Virus record (IMG/VR): IMGVR_UViG_3300033166_000001
Span: 1-64,000 of that record
DNA length: 64,000 bases
Origin: a virus
Taxonomy: Duplodnaviria > Caudoviricetes
Direction: 5' to 3' (one strand)
The notes under the pieces were generated by a model, which was not told where the DNA came from, made no database searches, and saw only the letters and a program-made list of their open reading frames with translations. Shown piece after piece: positions 50,401-58,797 of this stretch. How positions within the stretch are numbered: the first letter of the stretch is position 1; every line of letters begins with the position of its first letter. A program made the position numbers and the translations under genes.

Positions 50401-53400
50401 TATAGCCGATAAAGTATCAGAATATTTAAAAGATACTGATACTCCTTTAACTTCTAAAGAAATTGTAGAAGGATGGGCCAATAGTGGGACTAAATTTACC
50501 ACTGTAGGGGTTGATAGTCTAGAAGCTAGGGCTATGCAAGAGTTGGGATTAACTCCTGATAAGGTAGATTTACCTTCTAGTAGAGCTATAGCCAGACAGG
50601 CTTTAGAAAATGCTTACATAGGAATACATGAGAGTGTGCTCTCACATCCAGAAGTTATTAAGAAATCTACACAACCTTTAGACAGGGATGATTTAAAGGA
50701 TACTGGAACAGCTTATACTACTCCTAGTAAAAAGCCTATATTTATATCTAGGAAAAGACAACTAGATGATTATCTTATGCAGAGAGCTGGTAAAGAGGGT
50801 GTAGGTGTATATTCTAGAGCGGTAACAGGTGCAGCTGTTATAGAAGGATTTAATGTAAGACTGGCTAAAGCATTTGATGGATTTGATGGTTATGCTCTAC
50901 AAAAACTATCTGGTAATGGTACCTCTTTTTTTAATGATAATAAGAAACTTGTAAGAACTAAGGTAGATAATCTAGTTACTCAACAATCAGGAGCTGTAGA
51001 TAATGCTAAGACTCCTGTATTGGATATGAATAACTTGAACATGCAAACCTTTAATGTGGCTATTATCCTTAGCATGTTAGAGGATAGCAGAGGTAAAGCT
51101 TTAGATCTTAGATATAACTCCTACTTTCTAAGACAGGAGATTATTAAAGACTATGTAAAGGAAATGCAAAATATTTCTGATAGTCTCAACGATGAGTTTG
51201 GTGAAGGTACTAGACAGGAGCAGGTTATAGATGCTTTAAAAGAAAAGTATTTATCTAGAATAGACGGTAAAGTATATAAAAGAAAGAAAAAATCTTTTAC
51301 GCTGAAAGAGCTTACAGATATGCTTATGGCTGAAGATACTAGTACTGTAGAGTATGTAGAGGGACAGCTAGAAGTACTAGAGAGATTTTCAGAACTAGAT
51401 AAAATAGGTAAGGAGTATAGTGATTTTCTTACAGCTATATCTACAGATAGTAAAGGATTTGGTAAAAGTTTCTGGGAAGTAGCCAAGAGAAGAGAACAAT
51501 TAGACAGAGTATATGACTTTAAACTTATAGAGGGATTACAAGAAGTTATAGAGACTGGTGAACATGGGACTATTGCTGGATATGTTAGACAGGTAGCAGA
51601 TAACATGGGACAGCTATTTCCTTATGATAATCCTAATATAACCTCTATTATTAAGATTATTGAGCAGCAGTCAGGTAAAGATGATTATATAGATGTAGAG
51701 TTTAGAGAGAAAATATGGAGTAGTCTAAAATCTTTTATCTTTACTGATAAAAAGTTAGACCTTTCAACAGATAGGGATGAACTATTTTATGGAGAGAACT
51801 CTGTAGCTAAACAGGTTATAAAAGCTAAAGAGAGTTGGGGGATGAATAATTTATTCCTTAATAAATTATCCCCAGTACTAGCCAAGAAACAAGGTATGCC
51901 TGATCTAGTTAACTTTGCAGCTGCTATAGTGGAAAGAACAGATGAGATTAATGTAGTGAGAGCCTTTACAGATCTACTAGTTAGTTCTAATGAAGAGGCT
52001 AGAAATTTAGGTGAAAACCTTATTAAGTATGCTTATGCTAAAGGAGGTATCCAAGAAGCTCTACAGTTTATCAAGTATATTCCTACAGCCTATTTAGCTA
52101 CTACTAATTTTGCAGATAGAATAGGAACTAGTTTAAATCAGGTAGAACAAATGAGATTTATTGAACAGTTCTACCAGCATTATCCTCAATACTCTCCTAA
52201 GTATAACCAGGATATTAAGTTAGATGAAGAAAGGAATTTAATTGTAAACATTAAGGAATCAGATACTCTTCAGGATAAACTATATCTAGCACATAGAGAT
52301 ACTAAGGCTAAAGAATGGCTACTATTTAAGAGAGTTAAATTAGAAGGTAATAAAGCTTTCTATCAAAGAATTCCTTTACTTGGAGGTAGAGGTAAGAACT
52401 ATACAGCTTATAATGAGTATAACTATAATGCAGAAGGTGTACAGATTTCTACCATACCTACTAATAATCCCAAAGACATTGCCAATGTTGTAGAACCTAC
52501 TACTAATCCAGCTGTAGATACTACAGAAGATAGGATTGTAGTAAAGAATACTTCTGTAATGGATAATAGAGTTGCAAGGTACCAATCCACTAAAACTGGT
52601 CCAGAAGGAGTTATAGATTTAGTAGATAAATTAGGTACTCCAAGATATAGGCTGCTAGGAGAAATTTTTTCAGAGGCAGCCTCTCTATTTCCAGCATTCT
52701 CTTTTAGTATTAATAGTAAACTTACTAATACTCAAGGAGTACCTGTAAGAGGCATGTATGACAAAGGTAAACTAGTTATTAATCCTACAGAAATTAAAAA
52801 CTATTATGAATTAGAAGGTAGAAAAGTAACTAAAGAAGATGTAGAAGGGGTAATGATGCATGAACTTACTCATGCTGTTACATCTGAACTTTATAATGCT
52901 TACACACAAGGAAAATCTCACCCTTTACTAACAGACGCTGTTAAAAAAAGATTTGATAATCTAGCTACACTGTTTAAAGTATCTACCAGTAAACTTACCA
53001 AAGAAGAAAGAGCCATTGTAAATGCTATAGCAACTGGTAAAGTAAGTGCTATAAGTACTAATTCTGCTGAACAACAAAGACTTATACAAGAGTATTATGG
53101 GTTTACCAATGGTAAAGAGTTTATGTCTGAGGCTACTTCTAATCCTGTATTCCAAAGAAAGTTAAATGAGATACAGTTTAAAGAAGATAAAACTTTACTA
53201 GATAGATTCTTGCAGTTACTATCTGATCTATTTAAAGAGATAGGTGCGGCTATAGGAATGGATGTTAATCAACAAAGTGTATTAGCGCATACTTTGATAG
53301 AAGTTGTAGCTTTAGTTGAAGATGTTAAAGGAACTAATAAAGATAATTTTAAAGCTATAAGAGATTATGAAGTATCTACTAGTAAGAAACAGTATACTTT

Positions 53401-53833
53401 AGAAGGTACTAATAAGGTAGTTGAAGGATATCCTATAGTAGTACACGATTTTATAGAACTACAACTATTTGTATTCAAACAAAATAATGGTACTTGGAGA
53501 GTGTCAGAAGAGACTTCTGGAAGAGTAATGCCTTCATTTGAAGAAAAAACTAGAAAGGATACAGTAGATTCTGCAATATTTAAACTAAATGAGTATATAG
53601 CTAAAGAAGGAAGAACTTTTATATTAGAGACTATTCAAAGTAAACCTCTCACTAGACCTAAATCTTTTAAAGATCAAATTAATGATTTTACTGGAGAAGA
53701 TTTGGCAGTGTCAGTTAAAAGTACTAACTTGCAGTCCTCTGTATCTGAATTTATGCAGGGCTTAAATAAAGTAGAAAGGGAAGCCTTAAGAAGCCTAATG
53801 ACCTCCAAGGATATAATTTTTAAATGTAAATAA
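41456..53833 (+). CDS. giant virion RNA polymerase polyprotein (crAss-like two-barrel RNAP) with N-terminal membrane helices and C-terminal zincin-like domain
   Basis: RIPTQGHSSM and GSDFDVDK (DFDVD at 50213-50227); HELTH at 52859-52873 with downstream EFMSE. Confidence 0.9.
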   Translation: MSLRESIAKKMELRDSITSNIQHPTNISMETFNTQIDAPIYDYRQEAVIGEHQLTSKYDKGLLPGVSQDSHRASNQKWYEQTANFIGQAALGEILGGTMMSIGALVEAPEMIYNYLTGEKNDWDNAIFSLGKNISDYSREAMPIYQTGERFGDWGWYMQGFTSAVSAVSMMVPGMAVSKGIGWVAKAMKLAATPSAIASTLLGAGAMRHSENFREAAELYQNFQLTPEEQETLVNKYKPAMEEEMMAAGVIFDPENPQAATQENIAKQEAIRTKYAKLLEEDIEAAKQMGTAMAYNANWINYGFDVLQLGAVLRPLKALTRGGTIGSKVAAAHDATVTGTKLLPKSWAGRVGRRIWDPAKVGLREWTEGVEELINTISAIEGERAARIELGVENDDGSTITDRVLGYLGEEEVQDAFIWGMLGGVIFKGASRAIGMDAGASINNRKLAEIANRSEHLKAYNANISAIRNGEKLADMEGNVIADYSKLTPKEKIREEELVIERMGFDKGLRSSQAGTMDIDVQWARDPKTAKTFIDMGMADETNVSEKINKFVQQMENAERIYQKHYMNLFESPITQTAKSILTQQNVALDQQLQQNQSELQRLQTDYNKILASDPFLVQNADNPDVMNSIKLLALQMAEVSLKETKTINKGSEFITKAIDESLASIAEVKKQYTTTKPVSLGNINMELVKNLAKTQVLTAYNEGINNELIRRADKKNIAKEAAKIDKEVELQREAVNKRAQELEEKETLEQEKTLKDLGYTKAQIDRMPTKKRQEIIEQAKVEEQTTLSTKSTSPSTSPAVTREVDWNNLIVNAVNERELDAIIDQMTEAGIEPDFATINKRREELTPKDNKKEKIADIERRRQEELSRETPIKNEMVKVDTGDGVLTFKVITYKDGSTRIKGFTESGETSLAGFKRINNYPTIEDFQDYLKYDFEENANGIIETKTVKDNYTDKQSLETKAAKEKTINAKYDAELAALEQEQVTEDSGLEPDNTDLMTLLNLPTDIETFEDGNTPPLSDKDIEDIENSINEEMESITPQMKRVNAIGIINLVRRHKQTSTGEKFSTTDEVLNPEALLLSSWKYFNPGDEVIVSVDTEYNGEVNTYTDGRQRLTKDGEAITERKTYGQLKADPDNLPIKVELKRGDVTTKVGYFPTTYWVGEKNADGSYVNIADEMAMEGNGDVQVEQMQQLRREIAAVEHGTKLSFKVTNSTPGSLFLTSKRVNGIREKNPISTNMPTFLELPIWANTPGVAPFTVFNKGFMINKDVRFPANMTVVKPENVDEVFPPGTIVMMVPSANAGVFIPRPVKLNRIPTPVAQGIAEVIKGYMTKNAEVAGKVFKTDQSIEGLKALKDYLEQFMYFSPVEDVRKNTSVFAKVGFDMETGTLIVASSIKHAEVQLNRFREKDFSDPKVQEEFDKQVTPLVEALTKLHITVRTTMINSQDKFFIPRLTKDGALDFTESTFNEYLSDNLLTDVLEKTTDEGEAVYAVQPVVEIKWDKEDKLDPKPKEPVQQTPDTPVIPTIDLSGLDVSDIVGEGDFAIGLGPNPTMSQLKTKLKGNGVLSNAGVKRFAAKLAKYNKENGTSHQYKAIPIGESASYKIELTLSNMPVNQWAKEQRDAIKKDDFGLTVGDYAIGVPQANKISELAYSYLVSDGEYTFTAEKQQAITSTITNSVFAKLLEAEEVGEQITVREAFDSAKKQFTNLLKGLNKVNTVATLENFKDIKPQLQSQGWGFIQSYEHLQFLIEEISRVTKDDVFRQFTLQVQDNLRKLDITAREEETSLDAEGNETTLERTWEDGAYLKMFAKDSAVRKVKLALGKIRDTKLNYLGLPAYVPFDTVFDDIMSILSSKPISNTIEQNSRVLRDIALNNPYKAYLSQVADLLDNPDVTQSLKNNFQSVIMRNNNDFVFLIWNKGDKGWTFKPMDANRNNVVSRIVDSWNENFVRSPLVKEVNGEKVLDKQAVKDKGYTIEDVKNLDTLEKKKAFTERLFLDLGLGIDPSALEKLFNSLNLVKDFGKGFPGGFGAQFGFTAKNEPNGLISSLVHALNIEQAVEEGDSLFEVNNPFVGKNSERAAKYLAGIAANYSELIFSDSHRNINGDTVNNYAFYTPETLRIKAIHNPEVRARLRTQAITHNSFFLRELDRGKEIKYHLEDGMRQEGRSDSGVGRGKMSSREQRLLAIGLFQQINPQYVGLTHSDKSLTPIVSAPKLGLSISSEYITVVDGIPQISVEALPNRVRTEIQELIIAERNRIREIGDKIRELGEEVAKRELGEQYFEGSQYFYFFPELNNIVRENGVVSLAQLNNLDALVDSAMSTMVDTINDTIKEWYEDGTIYQDKKVWKTRFNQAYINSTPKYTNLPFEAMVAHAAVDMDINYAIFNANMMSVVQGDPAQTFKKSKKKGATAIDHVETTLEEYQKREAKDMAPGALGYWGWSTNVGGNMYKAPSNYGVAYINDVTYGTLMDGYLSTLEAYTGKLDRTDAQELTTVEEHIDVMFSYGKIPDNIYQSVKAKILANKGGKYKLTPEEKRFVLQPMKPVQIVRTWNPTFGVEETHYIKSSSFPLLPELVAGTDLDVIRKAMETSTSNGNRGVQRLAYKTAVKVGHKRLNTLFDSKGVVNKTVEFTDDDIVVLDREGFFIQQEVPYKEGDHRIVTGSQMNKLLFQGLGDNFTFNFQDKEYTTKQLKAIKESVRVELFKMSEREIHNKLGMELVDGIPTFINLAALRESLIDEAKKRGWGLNDIDALRIVDGAVVIPFAFNNSAPRIESMILSIFNGIIKQKMNGKSLVQGTDVGLRQTREFNEDIDTIGGENGIVLIRDGNGKLLFDKQKGLQYSDISKDGVKLAQVFMPWKYEGELKNFINDKGELDTSKIDPELLKQIGFRIPTQGHSSMLMIQVVGFLPKEMGDLVLVPGEITKQMGSDFDVDKLFNYIYNAILSDEGKLIRVPNEKVVKVDEEGNVEVDRKELRLWIKQTYNTRYKNGWAIADKVSEYLKDTDTPLTSKEIVEGWANSGTKFTTVGVDSLEARAMQELGLTPDKVDLPSSRAIARQALENAYIGIHESVLSHPEVIKKSTQPLDRDDLKDTGTAYTTPSKKPIFISRKRQLDDYLMQRAGKEGVGVYSRAVTGAAVIEGFNVRLAKAFDGFDGYALQKLSGNGTSFFNDNKKLVRTKVDNLVTQQSGAVDNAKTPVLDMNNLNMQTFNVAIILSMLEDSRGKALDLRYNSYFLRQEIIKDYVKEMQNISDSLNDEFGEGTRQEQVIDALKEKYLSRIDGKVYKRKKKSFTLKELTDMLMAEDTSTVEYVEGQLEVLERFSELDKIGKEYSDFLTAISTDSKGFGKSFWEVAKRREQLDRVYDFKLIEGLQEVIETGEHGTIAGYVRQVADNMGQLFPYDNPNITSIIKIIEQQSGKDDYIDVEFREKIWSSLKSFIFTDKKLDLSTDRDELFYGENSVAKQVIKAKESWGMNNLFLNKLSPVLAKKQGMPDLVNFAAAIVERTDEINVVRAFTDLLVSSNEEARNLGENLIKYAYAKGGIQEALQFIKYIPTAYLATTNFADRIGTSLNQVEQMRFIEQFYQHYPQYSPKYNQDIKLDEERNLIVNIKESDTLQDKLYLAHRDTKAKEWLLFKRVKLEGNKAFYQRIPLLGGRGKNYTAYNEYNYNAEGVQISTIPTNNPKDIANVVEPTTNPAVDTTEDRIVVKNTSVMDNRVARYQSTKTGPEGVIDLVDKLGTPRYRLLGEIFSEAASLFPAFSFSINSKLTNTQGVPVRGMYDKGKLVINPTEIKNYYELEGRKVTKEDVEGVMMHELTHAVTSELYNAYTQGKSHPLLTDAVKKRFDNLATLFKVSTSKLTKEERAIVNAIATGKVSAISTNSAEQQRLIQEYYGFTNGKEFMSEATSNPVFQRKLNEIQFKEDKTLLDRFLQLLSDLFKEIGAAIGMDVNQQSVLAHTLIEVVALVEDVKGTNKDNFKAIRDYEVSTSKKQYTLEGTNKVVEGYPIVVHDFIELQLFVFKQNNGTWRVSEETSGRVMPSFEEKTRKDTVDSAIFKLNEYIAKEGRTFILETIQSKPLTRPKSFKDQINDFTGEDLAVSVKSTNLQSSVSEFMQGLNKVEREALRSLMTSKDIIFKCK

Positions 53834-53834
53834 T

Positions 53835-56800
53835 ATGGCAATTTGCTGGGTAGAAAGTACAACTAATCCAACTCTCCAAAAGTATTTAGAGGGCTTTGGA
53901 CAAAGAGAAGGTTTAGAGAGATTTATTAAAGAACTTGCAGGTACAGATGTAATTGCTGATTATGCTGTAAGTGTAGTTAATCCAGATACTGAAGATATTG
54001 GATATGGTAAAGTTGTACAGCATCTTACTAAGACTTTAAGAACTAAGTATGATAGATTGGATAAGGCTAATATAGCCTTAAAAAATGCTAATAAAGCAGA
54101 TGATCTAGATAAGATAAAAAAATATAAGAAAATTAAGACTAAGCTTATAGAAGATATAGGTATTCTTAAAGAGCAGATAGAACAAACTAAGAATGCAGAT
54201 GATGTTAAAGTATTAGAGGAAATAGCTAATAAACAATTAGATTGGCTTAATGCTTTATTTGAACAAGAAACTTTATCAGAATCTGAGATTACTGAGGCTA
54301 ATAATGTTATAGATACCTGGAGTAATATTAAGGATATTTTATTTGATAAAGATGAGATTATTGGGGAAGGTGCCTTAGAAATATTATCAAGAATAGAAAA
54401 TAGGATTAACTCAGAGGATTTTAGCCGTAAATGGTGGAATGCTATGGGGGATTATTTAGCTGTTCTAGGTAAGTATAAAGATAGTCAAACACTCTTTACA
54501 GACTTTTACAAACTTGAAGATATTAGTTCTTTAAGAGGTTGGATATTAGGAGCTTCAGATACAGGTATAAAACTTATAGGAGAAACTGATAGGGCTATAA
54601 GAAACTCTTTAAATAGAGCAGATGTTGAAAAAGCTGCTTGGTCTAAAAAGATAAAGGATAGTTTTAAAATTCTTAGAGATAAAGGAAAGTATGATGATTT
54701 TGTAGACCTTACCTTTCAAAGGAATGCTAGAGGAGAGATATCAGAAAATGCAGGTATGGTTGGAGAGTATGCTCAAGTATATTGGGATAATATAAGTAAA
54801 ATGTCTGAGAATGCTCGTGTAGCTTTCTATAAAGCTAAAAATGATCCTACCAATAAGAAAGCCCAAATACTTGCTAAAAAAACTTTATCTGCTAAAAATA
54901 AATGGCTTAGAGAGAATACTATTCATGTGGATGTAAGATTCTTTAAAGATCCTAATTTTATTACAGAGAGTGGAAAATCTTTTGCTACACACAAGGCTGA
55001 TCTAGAAAATGTATTAGGTAAAGAGAAAGCTGAAAGAGCCATTGAAAAAGCTAGAGACAGATATAATCAATTTTTAGAAGCTAGAGAAGATGCTAATACC
55101 TACTTTGAAGATGAAATAGCTTCAGGAACAATTAAGGTACCAGAAGGTGTAACTAAAGAAGCGCATCTAGCAGATTTAATGGAAGAATGGGATTTAAAGA
55201 ATAATCCTGAAGTATGGTTTAGACAGGCAGAACCTGGTAATACTACTTTTACACAGTATGCTAATAGGTGGACTTATACTATACCTAGAAGAATAGGATT
55301 AGATGGTAAGGAAACTGGTTACTATGATAAGAATTATGAGAAGATTATGAGTGACCCAGATATGGCTGAGTCTTTTAATCTTACCAAAGAATTTATGGAT
55401 ACTATGCTAGAAGGTATTCCTCCTTATTTAAGACGAAATATACAATCTAATTTTCTACCACGGATAAAGAAAGATCTTGTAAGAGAGTTTACTCTTAAAG
55501 GCTCTTTAGGAGCTATTACAGCCCTTTATGATAGATTTAAGGATAGTCTAACTAGTAGAGAGGGTACTGCCTATAATGAGATAGATCCTACCACGGGACA
55601 GCCTTATAAGCAACCTCCATTGATAGGTTTATCTCCAGTAGAATTAGCTGAAAGAAGTATGGACTTGGAAAAAATACTTATGGTGTTTGGGGAAAGTGCT
55701 CTTAACTATAAGTATAAAGCAGATGTTCTTGATAAGGTAATGGTAGTAAATAAGTTTCTAGAGATGATTAGTAAGGATAAGAATAGGAAAGAGTTTACTA
55801 ATGATGAGTTACCCCTTTTAAGGAATATGCTAGACTATACTGTAGAGGCTCTTATATTTGAAAATGCCAGAAAGGAAGAGGGGGTAATAAAGCAATGGAG
55901 ATTCTTTAAAGGTAATGCTGTACTAGTTAAGGATAAAGCTTTAGAACTAGAAATAGATGCAGAATTACAAAAACTTAGAAAAAAGAAAGCTGGAGAAGAT
56001 GCTTTTAGAATTATTAAAGAAAAGTATGGGGATGCTGTAGAGATAGTTAGTCAAAAGGCTAAATATAGAGTTTTAGAAAAACAAAAAGCTGATTTAGAAG
56101 AAAAACTATTTAATAAGGAAATTACAGAAGAACAGTTTGACGAAGCTGTTAAACCTATAGAAGAAGAAGCTAATAAGTTGGGTAAGAGTGTAGTAGCTTC
56201 TAGAGTGGGGGATGCAGGTATGAAAGTAGTACAGGCTCAAGCATTCTGGTTTAATCCATTTTCAGCTTTTAACAACTATATGTTTGGTATTACTTCTACG
56301 GCTATGTGGGCATCTGGAGGTAGGGACTTTACAACTAAAGAGTTTAGAAGAAGTTTTGGTGTAATTACCAAATCTATGTTTAAACTTAAAGATAAACAGC
56401 TAGATAAAGCAGCTAATATGATAATAAAGTATAATGCTTTATCAGAATCTAAAGACTTTAAAACGGATAAAGGCAATGAATCTCTCAACAAGATTAGTAA
56501 TTGGCCCTATATACTCTTAACTAAAGGAGATTACTTTATTAAGGGGCAAACATTAGTAGCCCTTATGATGTATAAGAAGATTACTACTAAATCTGGAGAA
56601 CAAATATCTTTATGGGAAGCCTATAATGATGATGGTACCTTTAGACGAGAATTATTTGATGATGAAACTAATAATTTATGGGACGGAGATGCTAGACAGG
56701 AAACTCATCTAGGAGAATATTTGGCCTTTAAGAATAAAGCAGATGCTGTTATAAAGAAACTACATGGTAACTTTGATCCTAAGTCTCCTTCACTACATAA

Positions 56801-57428
56801 GAAATATGTGCTAGGTAGAATGCTGGGACAGTTTAGAGCAAGCTGGGTGGGCGTAGGTATAGAGCAAAGATTTGGCCAAAGACAAATGGATCCATATTTA
56901 GAAAGGGAAGTGGAAGGTAGATATAGAACAGTTTTTACACTAGGATTTTCTAAATCTATAAAAATCCTTACTAGACTGGCTTTAGGTAGTTACTATAAAG
57001 GGGATCCTTTACAAGGAATAAGGTCTCAGGATAGAGCTATAGTAGAAGAAAATATGAGGAAGAACCTTATGGAGATTTACATATATTCTGTAATATTTGC
57101 CATAATGTTAACTATGAAACATATATCTAAAGGAGGAGATGAAGATGATTATAAGTATAGATTAGTTTATAATATGCTTTGGAGAGTAATGGGAGAAACT
57201 ACTTTCTATCTATCTCCTAAAACATTTGTGGAAATAGTTAGAGACCCTCTACCTATACTACAGTTAGCTAAAAGGGCTAGAGGGTTACAAACAGGAGCAA
57301 TGGATTTACTATTTGAAGAAGATCTTACAGATAGTGAAAGACAGAGAAGCATACTAAAAATCACAAATACTTTTCCAGGTGTTAATGCTATAAATAAAGG
57401 ATTCTATGCTACTCAGAGATTAAGATAA
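53835..57428 (+). CDS. large virion cargo protein co-ejected with RNAP
   Basis: 1197 aa; LHGNFD..GRMLGQFR..RFG motif and hydrophobic C-terminal helix typical of the last crAss-like cargo gene. Confidence 0.75.
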   Translation: MAICWVESTTNPTLQKYLEGFGQREGLERFIKELAGTDVIADYAVSVVNPDTEDIGYGKVVQHLTKTLRTKYDRLDKANIALKNANKADDLDKIKKYKKIKTKLIEDIGILKEQIEQTKNADDVKVLEEIANKQLDWLNALFEQETLSESEITEANNVIDTWSNIKDILFDKDEIIGEGALEILSRIENRINSEDFSRKWWNAMGDYLAVLGKYKDSQTLFTDFYKLEDISSLRGWILGASDTGIKLIGETDRAIRNSLNRADVEKAAWSKKIKDSFKILRDKGKYDDFVDLTFQRNARGEISENAGMVGEYAQVYWDNISKMSENARVAFYKAKNDPTNKKAQILAKKTLSAKNKWLRENTIHVDVRFFKDPNFITESGKSFATHKADLENVLGKEKAERAIEKARDRYNQFLEAREDANTYFEDEIASGTIKVPEGVTKEAHLADLMEEWDLKNNPEVWFRQAEPGNTTFTQYANRWTYTIPRRIGLDGKETGYYDKNYEKIMSDPDMAESFNLTKEFMDTMLEGIPPYLRRNIQSNFLPRIKKDLVREFTLKGSLGAITALYDRFKDSLTSREGTAYNEIDPTTGQPYKQPPLIGLSPVELAERSMDLEKILMVFGESALNYKYKADVLDKVMVVNKFLEMISKDKNRKEFTNDELPLLRNMLDYTVEALIFENARKEEGVIKQWRFFKGNAVLVKDKALELEIDAELQKLRKKKAGEDAFRIIKEKYGDAVEIVSQKAKYRVLEKQKADLEEKLFNKEITEEQFDEAVKPIEEEANKLGKSVVASRVGDAGMKVVQAQAFWFNPFSAFNNYMFGITSTAMWASGGRDFTTKEFRRSFGVITKSMFKLKDKQLDKAANMIIKYNALSESKDFKTDKGNESLNKISNWPYILLTKGDYFIKGQTLVALMMYKKITTKSGEQISLWEAYNDDGTFRRELFDDETNNLWDGDARQETHLGEYLAFKNKADAVIKKLHGNFDPKSPSLHKKYVLGRMLGQFRASWVGVGIEQRFGQRQMDPYLEREVEGRYRTVFTLGFSKSIKILTRLALGSYYKGDPLQGIRSQDRAIVEENMRKNLMEIYIYSVIFAIMLTMKHISKGGDEDDYKYRLVYNMLWRVMGETTFYLSPKTFVEIVRDPLPILQLAKRARGLQTGAMDLLFEEDLTDSERQRSILKITNTFPGVNAINKGFYATQRLR

Positions 57429-57462
57429 GTTAGTAGAAATTTTTTAAGAGGCAAGAGCAAAG

Positions 57463-57489
57463 AAAAAAGGGAGATTATTCTCCCTTTTT
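57463..57489. terminator. bidirectional terminator at the convergence of the two genome arms
   Basis: AAAAAAGGGAGA-TTAT-TCTCCCTTTTT with A/T runs on both sides. Confidence 0.85.
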
Positions 57490-57744
57490 ATTTTCTAAAG
57501 GCAATGTTTCAAATTTATATACGTTTTCATCTAAATCTTTAGAGTAACCATAATAACCTTCAACATCTGTAGGATATACATAACCTCCGCTTCTTCCACA
57601 TATAGCAATAGGTTTTTGAGTACTTAATAAAAAGTCACCATCAGATACGATATGTACAAAATCTTCGTTGTATTCATTAGTTACAATACTTTCCTCTGGA
57701 GCACCTTTTAAAAACTCTTTTAATTGTTTTACTGTTAGTGACAT
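57475..57744 (-). CDS. hypothetical protein
   Basis: 89 aa; LTVKQLKEFL start; CGRSGG. Confidence 0.7.
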   Translation of the reverse strand: MSLTVKQLKEFLKGAPEESIVTNEYNEDFVHIVSDGDFLLSTQKPIAICGRSGGYVYPTDVEGYYGYSKDLDENVYKFETLPLENKKGE

Positions 57745-57745
57745 A

Positions 57746-57994
57746 TTATTCTCCCTTTTCTTTTATTTCTTTTCTTAATCTTGCAAGATCTTTCTTTATA
57801 AGATTGTGTGTTTTCACACTTATTTCTAGCTCAATTTCTTTTAATACTCTTAAAACTCTTTCACGTTCAACTAACAATATTTCCATATTCTTAAAATCTT
57901 CTTTTGAACAGTAAAGTTTCCTCCTTCCTAAAGCTAGTTTATCTGAAACTGCTTCTAAAATTTCAGTTTCTGAATTATAATATACTTTAATCAT
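57746..57994 (-). CDS. hypothetical protein
   Basis: 82 aa, coupled to neighbours. Confidence 0.65.
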   Translation of the reverse strand: MIKVYYNSETEILEAVSDKLALGRRKLYCSKEDFKNMEILLVERERVLRVLKEIELEISVKTHNLIKKDLARLRKEIKEKGE

Positions 57995-58797
57995 TACTCT
58001 CTCCTTTTAAATTTTTTCCACTGTTCCAAACATCCTTCACATTGATATGGATATAATGTAGGGGACATAGACGCTCCAAAACTTAACATATCCTTCTTAC
58101 TATACATTGGTTTATTATCTTCAATATATTTCTCTGCTGCTTCTTTTGTTGAAAAATACTTAAATTCTTTAGCCACATATCTACTTACAAATGCGCCACT
58201 TAATATATCATAGTCTCCCATAACACAGTAAAAACTATCTCCTTCAAACATTTCTTTACCATCTTCAGTAATTAAGATAGGTTCTTTATAATGTACTGCC
58301 CAATCTAAACAAGTTCCATAATCTTTTCCGCATTCTAGCCAGGGAATACTTCTTTTTGAAAACTCTGACACCCCACTATCATCTAAAGAAATACCAGTTA
58401 TTTTCCTTACCCCTCCAGCTCTAAGGTCTAATTTATCTCCAACAGAAAATATTTCCCCATCCTTTCTTTTTATCGAGTGAATAGAATTAGGATATTCTTT
58501 AAGTAACCATTCTAAAGTACATTCCTGTATGTTTTTTCTATTTCCCCATCTACCGTGGTTATTACATGTTACAAGACTATTATCTATGTTTAAATTAAGT
58601 ATTTCATAGTCTTTTTCAACTACTTTTTCCCAAAATTCTGGATTATTTTCTACACGAGAAGAAATAATTCTCATATGTGTGTGTTTATCACTACAAGGAG
58701 AATATAAATCATGTGCTTTACTGTTTTGACTTACTTCCATTCCAACTTCCCAATCTTTAGGAAGTGAGGGGTACCATTTTTTGAGTTTATATTTCAC
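57994..58797 (-). CDS. conserved Bacteroidota-phage hypothetical protein
   Basis: YKLKKWYPSLP, NPEFWEKV, DGEIFSVGD, FSTKEAAEKYI motifs. Confidence 0.75.
   Translation of the reverse strand: MKYKLKKWYPSLPKDWEVGMEVSQNSKAHDLYSPCSDKHTHMRIISSRVENNPEFWEKVVEKDYEILNLNIDNSLVTCNNHGRWGNRKNIQECTLEWLLKEYPNSIHSIKRKDGEIFSVGDKLDLRAGGVRKITGISLDDSGVSEFSKRSIPWLECGKDYGTCLDWAVHYKEPILITEDGKEMFEGDSFYCVMGDYDILSGAFVSRYVAKEFKYFSTKEAAEKYIEDNKPMYSKKDMLSFGASMSPTLYPYQCEGCLEQWKKFKRRE

Noticed and set aside
10516-56491. Many minus-strand ORFs inside the structural arm (e.g. 16322..16912, 28735..29172, 45007..45492, 46954..47646)
   Set aside because: Shadow ORFs antisense to long conserved genes; Ser/Leu/Ile-rich as expected from the reverse complement
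3537-57428. Stop-codon reassignment (TAG or TGA), common in some crAss-like phages
   Set aside because: Code 11 gives intact ORFs up to 4125 aa with dense packing, and TAG ends several genes right at the next start
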